Assembly: GCA_963663165.1 (NCBI GenBank)
Contig: OY760175.1
Coordinates: 544,001 to 608,000, forward strand
DNA length: 64,000 nucleotides
Source: an uncultured Desulfospira sp.
Lineage (GTDB): Bacteria > Desulfobacterota > Desulfobacteria > Desulfobacterales > Desulfobacteraceae
Reading direction: 5' to 3'
Positions 58,975-64,000 of this stretch are shown here, one piece after another. A program made the position numbers and the translations under genes. Position 1 is the first letter of the stretch; the number at the start of each line of letters is the position of its first letter. The notes beneath the pieces are model-generated. The model ran no database searches and was not told the origin of the DNA. It saw only the letters and a program-made list of their open reading frames with translations.

Positions 58975-59943
58975 ATGCTGTTTTTAAATAAAGAACATAT
59001 TCGAAATACAGATCAGGGAACCATTCAGAACGCAGTAAGACAGGCCTACAACCTTGTCCTGGATGACGCATTTAACATGCCGGACAGGATGCACGTGGCG
59101 GACAGGGACAACATGCTGCTGTTAATGCCCTGTTTTTCTGAAAAATATATGGCCACCAAGCTGGTATCCGTGTTCCCGGACGCGGGAAAATTCAATCAGC
59201 CGGCGGTGAACGGGACCCTGTCCCTTTGTGATAACCAGAGCGGGGCGCCCCTGGCATTTATGAATGGTGCGGCATTAACCGCCGAAAGAACCGGGGCGGT
59301 CGGCGGCCTGGCCGTTGATCTGCTGGCCCCGGAATCGGTGGAAAAAGCCGGGATTTTCGGTGCCGGTGTCCAGGGGTTCAGTCAGGTTCGGTATCTGCTT
59401 TATAACCGGCAGGTAAAGCAGCTCTGGATTTATGACATGTATCCAAAGTCTTCTGAAAAAATGGCCCAGGCCCTGGGAAAGGCCTATCCGGAATTGGAAC
59501 TTCATATTGCCGCAGATCCCCTGGATCTGGTGAAAGAATCTGAAGTGATCATTGCCGCCACCACCACCAAAACCCCCTTGTTTACCCTGCCAGATGACCG
59601 GGTTTCAGACCATATCAAGTCCAAGACCTTTATTTCCATCGGGTCTTTCAGACCGGATATGAAAGAATTTCCCGACCAGGTAATTGAAACGGCAGATGAG
59701 GTTTACGTGGATACCCCCTTTGCCGCAAAGGAGTCCGGTGACATTGAAGGACCCCTGTCCCGGAATATTATTAAAAAAGAAAAAATACAGCCCTTTGCCC
59801 CTCTGGTAAGAACACCTGTAGACAAGAATGGTCAAACCCGGTTTTTTAAATCCGTGGGCATGGCGTTATTTGATCTCACGGTTGCCGCTGCCGTTTATGA
59901 GCAGGCCTTGAAATTGGGATTCGGCATACCATTGGAGTTGTAG
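58975..59943 (+). CDS. Ornithine cyclodeaminase / mu-crystallin family
   Basis: KLVSVFP, LTAERTGA, GAGVQG, FKSVGMALFDL. Confidence 0.9.
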   Translation: MLFLNKEHIRNTDQGTIQNAVRQAYNLVLDDAFNMPDRMHVADRDNMLLLMPCFSEKYMATKLVSVFPDAGKFNQPAVNGTLSLCDNQSGAPLAFMNGAALTAERTGAVGGLAVDLLAPESVEKAGIFGAGVQGFSQVRYLLYNRQVKQLWIYDMYPKSSEKMAQALGKAYPELELHIAADPLDLVKESEVIIAATTTKTPLFTLPDDRVSDHIKSKTFISIGSFRPDMKEFPDQVIETADEVYVDTPFAAKESGDIEGPLSRNIIKKEKIQPFAPLVRTPVDKNGQTRFFKSVGMALFDLTVAAAVYEQALKLGFGIPLEL

Positions 59944-59988
59944 GTACTAAATTAGAAAATGAGGATTAAAGGATTGCTTTAGAAGAAG

Positions 59989-60063
59989 TGGAGCGGGAAA
60001 CGGGATTTGAACCCGCGACTTCGACCTTGGCAAGGTCGCACTCTACCACTGAGTTATTCCCGC
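59989..60063 (-). tRNA. tRNA-Gly (GCC)
   Basis: GCGGGAATAACTCAGTGGTAGAGTGCGACCTTGCCAAGGTCGAAGTCGCGGGTTCAAATCCCGTTTCCCGCTCCA; cloverleaf with encoded CCA. Confidence 0.97.
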
Positions 60064-60271
60064 TCAGCCAAAAAGCAGACCCTTTCTACTGTATAATGCT
60101 GGCTTTGTCAAGGGCTTTTGGTTGGCAATTTAAACCCCATGCTGCCGTACCATAAGTTTGAGGAGAGTGGAAATTTTTTAATGTATAAAATGGGGACTTG
60201 GGAGATAATACTTAATTCACACTTTCGGGGCATTGATTATTTTACATGGGTTTAACAGCTAAGGAGACAGG

Positions 60272-61267
60272 ATGGAAAATGTTCTCGTGACCGGGGGCGG
60301 CGGCTTCCTTGGAAAGGCCATTGTCAAGAGACTGATGGAAAAAAAGCTGAATGTCAGTTCATTTTCCAGAAAAGCCTATGCCGGCCTTGATGAGATGGGG
60401 GTCAGGCAGATCAAGGGGGATCTGGGTGATATTGAGTCTGTTACCCGTGCGGTCAGGGGAATGGACACGGTCTTTCATGTGGCGGCCAAACCCGGGATCT
60501 GGGGAAAATATAAGGATTTTTACCATACCAACGTCACCGGCACACGGAACATTCTTTCGGCCTGCCGCCATAACCAGGTGGCCGGCCTGATTTATACCAG
60601 CTCTCCAAGTGTGGTCTTTGATGAATCTGAAATGGAAAATCAGGATGAATCCGCTCCGTATCCGTCCCGTTACCTGGCCCCTTACCCTGAGACCAAGGCC
60701 ATGGCTGAAAAGCAGGTTATAAAGGCTGCTGAACAAGGGCTTCCCTGCATTATTCTTCGCCCCCACCTGATCTGGGGCCCTGAAGACAACCACCTGGTGC
60801 CCGGCATTATCGGCCGGGCCAGCCGGCTTAAAAAAATCGGCAGGACCGACGACCTGGTGGACACCATATATGTGGACAATGCCGCCCATGCCCATATTCT
60901 GGCGGCCATTGCCCTTGAAAAAAATCCCGGGCTTTCCGGGAATGTTTATTTTATCAGCCAGGATGAACCGGTTTCCAAATGGGCCATGGCCGATGCGTTC
61001 CTTGAAGCGGCCGGGCTTCCTCCTGTAAAGGGACATATTTCAGCCCAGACCGCTTATGCGGCCGGTTGTTTGTTTGAATTTGCCTATAAGCTGCTGGGGA
61101 TTAAAAGAGACCCGCCCCTGACACGGTTTGCGGCAAGAGAGCTTGCCACATCCCACTGGTTTAACATATCAAGGGCCAAAAAAGATTTGGGATATGTACC
61201 TGAGGTTTCCATCAAGGAAGGGCTTGAACGGCTCAAAGAATGGATGAAAGAGCCGGATATCTCATAA
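60272..61267 (+). CDS. NAD-dependent epimerase / 3-beta-HSD family (OleD-like)
   Basis: VTGGGGFLG, YTSSPSV, YPETK, LRPHLIWGP. Confidence 0.88.
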   Translation: MENVLVTGGGGFLGKAIVKRLMEKKLNVSSFSRKAYAGLDEMGVRQIKGDLGDIESVTRAVRGMDTVFHVAAKPGIWGKYKDFYHTNVTGTRNILSACRHNQVAGLIYTSSPSVVFDESEMENQDESAPYPSRYLAPYPETKAMAEKQVIKAAEQGLPCIILRPHLIWGPEDNHLVPGIIGRASRLKKIGRTDDLVDTIYVDNAAHAHILAAIALEKNPGLSGNVYFISQDEPVSKWAMADAFLEAAGLPPVKGHISAQTAYAAGCLFEFAYKLLGIKRDPPLTRFAARELATSHWFNISRAKKDLGYVPEVSIKEGLERLKEWMKEPDIS

Positions 61268-61303
61268 TCATAGATGGTTGGGACACCAGGTCTCCGGAGC
61301 TTG

Positions 61304-62170
61304 TCAGGCTTCGGTGGTGATGATAAAGAAATCCTTGATTTCCTTTTCTTTTCGTTTGAGCTGGTCCAGATTCATTTTGAGTACCGCGTCGGCAAGCCCG
61401 ATTTTCTGGGCCGCATTCTTAACCGTGACCGGGATCGGATTGCCGCTGTGGCCAATGCCGGCTTTCTGGGTCAGGTAGTCGGCTAAATTCAGAATCATGG
61501 CCTGGTGCCGGTAGGCGGTGGGGCAGGACTCTGGACTGTGGTGGAAGCGGCATGGAATCATGATGGACTCAGGAAACTGCCACCGTTTCATGAGCAGGGA
61601 CAGCAACGCCGCATGATCGATTTCAAATATGGTATTTTCCGTCTGATACAGGGTTTTTTTGGTCTCAATGGCCGCATGCCTGACTTTTATGTAGTCTTCC
61701 TTGAATTTAAAGGACAAAATGACCTTGCCCATATCATGGAGAAGGGCCGGGATAAAAATTTTACCGGCAATTCCCGGGTTGGACCGCATGGCCAGGGATT
61801 TGGACATGGTGGCCACGCCAATGCTGTGAATCCAGAGGGCCTTCATATCAAGTCCCATCCCGGATTTATCCGTAAACGAAGACAATATGCCGATACTCAG
61901 TGCAATCCCGATGACCTCATCAAATCCAATGGCGGAAATGGACCGTTTAAGGGTTTCCACCTTGGTTTTCTGGGCATAATATCCCGAATTGGCCAGTTTG
62001 ATTAATTTGGCGGAAATGTCCGGGTCTTTGGCAATAATGTCTGCAAGGGCGTCTGTGGTGGTTTTTTCCTTGGAAGCGGCACTGAGAATTTCTTTGATAA
62101 CACCGGACAGGGAGGGGAGGCGACTGTCCCGTTTGGTGACCATTGCAAGAATGTCTTGTTTGATTCCCAT
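61304..62170 (-). CDS. HDOD-domain protein
   Basis: LPSL, DP..SAKLIKLANS, LWIHS, LLHDMGK, WQFP..HH. Confidence 0.9.
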   Translation of the reverse strand: MGIKQDILAMVTKRDSRLPSLSGVIKEILSAASKEKTTTDALADIIAKDPDISAKLIKLANSGYYAQKTKVETLKRSISAIGFDEVIGIALSIGILSSFTDKSGMGLDMKALWIHSIGVATMSKSLAMRSNPGIAGKIFIPALLHDMGKVILSFKFKEDYIKVRHAAIETKKTLYQTENTIFEIDHAALLSLLMKRWQFPESIMIPCRFHHSPESCPTAYRHQAMILNLADYLTQKAGIGHSGNPIPVTVKNAAQKIGLADAVLKMNLDQLKRKEKEIKDFFIITTEA

Positions 62171-62187
62171 TGGCGAACCTGTCCGGA

Positions 62188-62583
62188 TTAATGAAATTTT
62201 GTGATGTTAATGCTGCCCTGGGCCCTCATGTCATCAAATTTTTTTCTTAAAAACCGTTTGAACCGGTTCCGGGTCACGGGCCAGAGCAGCATCAGACCGA
62301 AACAATCGGTGATCAGCCCCGGTGTGATCAGCACCAGGCCGGCAATAAAAATAATCAGCGCATCAATGAGCTCTTCGGCGGGCATGATATTATTCTGAAG
62401 GTTCATTCTGACCTTCATCATGGTGTTCATGCCCTCCATACGGGCAAGCCATGCGCCGATAAACCCGGTTAAAATAACCAGAAGTATGGTATTCACCCCG
62501 CCGATCACCGTGCCGACTTTAATTAACAGGTATAGTTCAATGACAGGAATAAGTGTAAAACAAAGAAACAGACGAAACAACAT
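62188..62583 (-). CDS. fxsA: FxsA membrane protein
   Basis: PVIELYLLIKVG, LITPGLITD. Confidence 0.9.
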   Translation of the reverse strand: MLFRLFLCFTLIPVIELYLLIKVGTVIGGVNTILLVILTGFIGAWLARMEGMNTMMKVRMNLQNNIMPAEELIDALIIFIAGLVLITPGLITDCFGLMLLWPVTRNRFKRFLRKKFDDMRAQGSINITKFH

Positions 62584-62594
62584 GATTTTTCCTT

Positions 62595-63329
62595 TTAAAG
62601 GTTCAGTGCAACCGTATCCTGATCTGGTAATAGGGCTGACAGGATATGGTTGGGGTTCCAGACATCGGTCAATACTTCAGTCTGTATGGCTTCACTAAGC
62701 AAGTTGAGAAAAGAGTGGCGGGAAATTTCCACAGCCCCCATATTGATCAGATGACTGGAGCTGACCTGGCAGTCAATGAAGGAGAATCGGTGGCACCGCA
62801 AATGGTTGGCCAGGGCAACCAGGGCAACTTTTGAGGCATCATTTTCCAGGCTGAACATGGACTCCCCGAAAAATGAATGGCCCAGGCACACCCCGTAAAG
62901 ACCGCCCACCAACCGGTCTTCATGCCAGGCTTCAACCGAATGGGCAATGCCCATTTCATGAAGCCGGATATAGGCATCGATCATTTCAGAAACCAGCCAT
63001 GTGCCCTCGTTGGGTTTTCCCCGGGGCCGTGAGCAGGAGGCGATGACCGATTCAAATGCATTGTCGATGGTGATGGTAAAAAAATTTTTCCGGATCTTTT
63101 TTTTCAGGCTTCTGGATACCTTTATCTGCTTGGGAAACAGGATGAGCCGGGGGTCCGGGGACCACCAGAGAATAGGTTCGGTTTCCGAATACCAGGGGAA
63201 AATACCCTTCTGGTAGGCCAGGATCAACCGGTCAGGACTTAAATCTCCACCGATGCACAGCAGTCCGTCGGCCCGGGCGAGCCAGGCCGGCGGAAACTCA
63301 AGATGTTCTGAAAGTCTGAAGATCGGCAT
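62595..63329 (-). CDS. aat: Leucyl/phenylalanyl-tRNA-protein transferase
   Basis: GGDL, GIFPW, WWSPDPR, AHSVE, FFGESMFS, ASKVA. Confidence 0.95.
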   Translation of the reverse strand: MPIFRLSEHLEFPPAWLARADGLLCIGGDLSPDRLILAYQKGIFPWYSETEPILWWSPDPRLILFPKQIKVSRSLKKKIRKNFFTITIDNAFESVIASCSRPRGKPNEGTWLVSEMIDAYIRLHEMGIAHSVEAWHEDRLVGGLYGVCLGHSFFGESMFSLENDASKVALVALANHLRCHRFSFIDCQVSSSHLINMGAVEISRHSFLNLLSEAIQTEVLTDVWNPNHILSALLPDQDTVALNL

Positions 63330-64000
63330 TTACGCCTTGACGCTATAAGTTAGTTCACCATTTTTAAGGCTGATGGAAAGCTTTCCGCCGTTTTCAAGTT
63401 TTCCGAAAAGGATTTCATCGGTGATTTTATCCTTGATTTCGGTCTGGATAAACCGGGCTAAGGGGCGTGCCCCGAATTTGGGATCATACCCCTTTTTGGC
63501 CATAAATGACCGGGCTTTGGCCGAATAGCTCAAAGAGACGTTCTGGGCTTTGAGCAGGATTTTCAGCTCTTTCATATTTTTATCCACGATCATTTCCATG
63601 ACCTGTTCGGATAAATGATTGAACTGGACAATGCCGTCGAGCCGGTTTCTAAATTCCGGGCTGAAGGTCCGCTCAACGGCCTTGCGTCCTTTGCCGCCGG
63701 TTTCCTGAACCGTTGCCCCGAAGCCGATACTGTTGGCGTTCATCTCCCTTGCCCCGGCATTGGAGGTCATGATGATGACCACATTCCTGAAATCAGCTGA
63801 TTTTCCGTTGTTGTCGGTGAGGGTGGCATAGTCCATGACCTGCAAAAGGATATTATAAAGGTCCATGTGGGCCTTTTCAATTTCATCCAGAAGAAGAACG
63901 GCATGGGGGTGTTTTCGGATACTGTCCGTGAGGATGCCGCCCTGGTCAAAACCGACATATCCGGGAGGCGCTCCGATGAGCCTTGAAACCGCATGCTTTT
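63330..64000 (-). CDS. clpA: ClpA ATP-binding subunit (3' part; 5' lies outside the window)
   Basis: HAVSRLIGAPPGYVGFDQGG, LLQVMD, MTSNAGA, FSPEFRNRLD, GARPL; adjacent to aat. Confidence 0.92.
   Translation of the reverse strand, partial: KHAVSRLIGAPPGYVGFDQGGILTDSIRKHPHAVLLLDEIEKAHMDLYNILLQVMDYATLTDNNGKSADFRNVVIIMTSNAGAREMNANSIGFGATVQETGGKGRKAVERTFSPEFRNRLDGIVQFNHLSEQVMEMIVDKNMKELKILLKAQNVSLSYSAKARSFMAKKGYDPKFGARPLARFIQTEIKDKITDEILFGKLENGGKLSISLKNGELTYSVKA

Noticed and set aside
59944..60063. tRNA-Gly as an island integration site
   Set aside because: No integrase nearby and no duplicated tRNA 3' end noticed in the window

Overview
A co-oriented exopolysaccharide / PEP-CTERM-exosortase locus (about 1-50.5 kb) followed by housekeeping genes (IHF, purB, TrpR-like, tRNA-Gly, fxsA-aat-clpA). 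The gene content suggests a Desulfobacterales-like deltaproteobacterium, but that is inference only. The EPS locus encodes GDP-fucose and dTDP-rhamnose synthesis, a UDP-HexNAc dehydrogenase and 2-epimerase, ManC, two sulfotransferases, Wzx/Wzy, glycosyltransferases, an exosortase-EpsI fusion, a WecA-like transferase, a TPR lipoprotein, Wza, a beta-barrel, a split Wzc and an ExeA-type ATPase. Two dense arrays of toxin-antitoxin/defence modules and fragments interrupt it (about 6.7-17.2 kb and 35.4-40.7 kb). No integrase or canonical attC was seen. Instead the modules are punctuated by repeated copies of the 3' end of an anchor gene plus its downstream repeat: an Rpn-family nuclease tail in array A (5 copies, one an intact orphan RpnS-like ORF) and the exosortase stop-codon junction in array B (4 copies). 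Toxins are often truncated while their antitoxins stay intact. Also present are two IS66-like MITEs with 8-bp TSDs, another MITE, a frameshifted IS4-family element plus a solo IS end, GTAG-type REPs and a pair of long perfect palindromes. All family calls are from motif recognition by eye; no searches were run.
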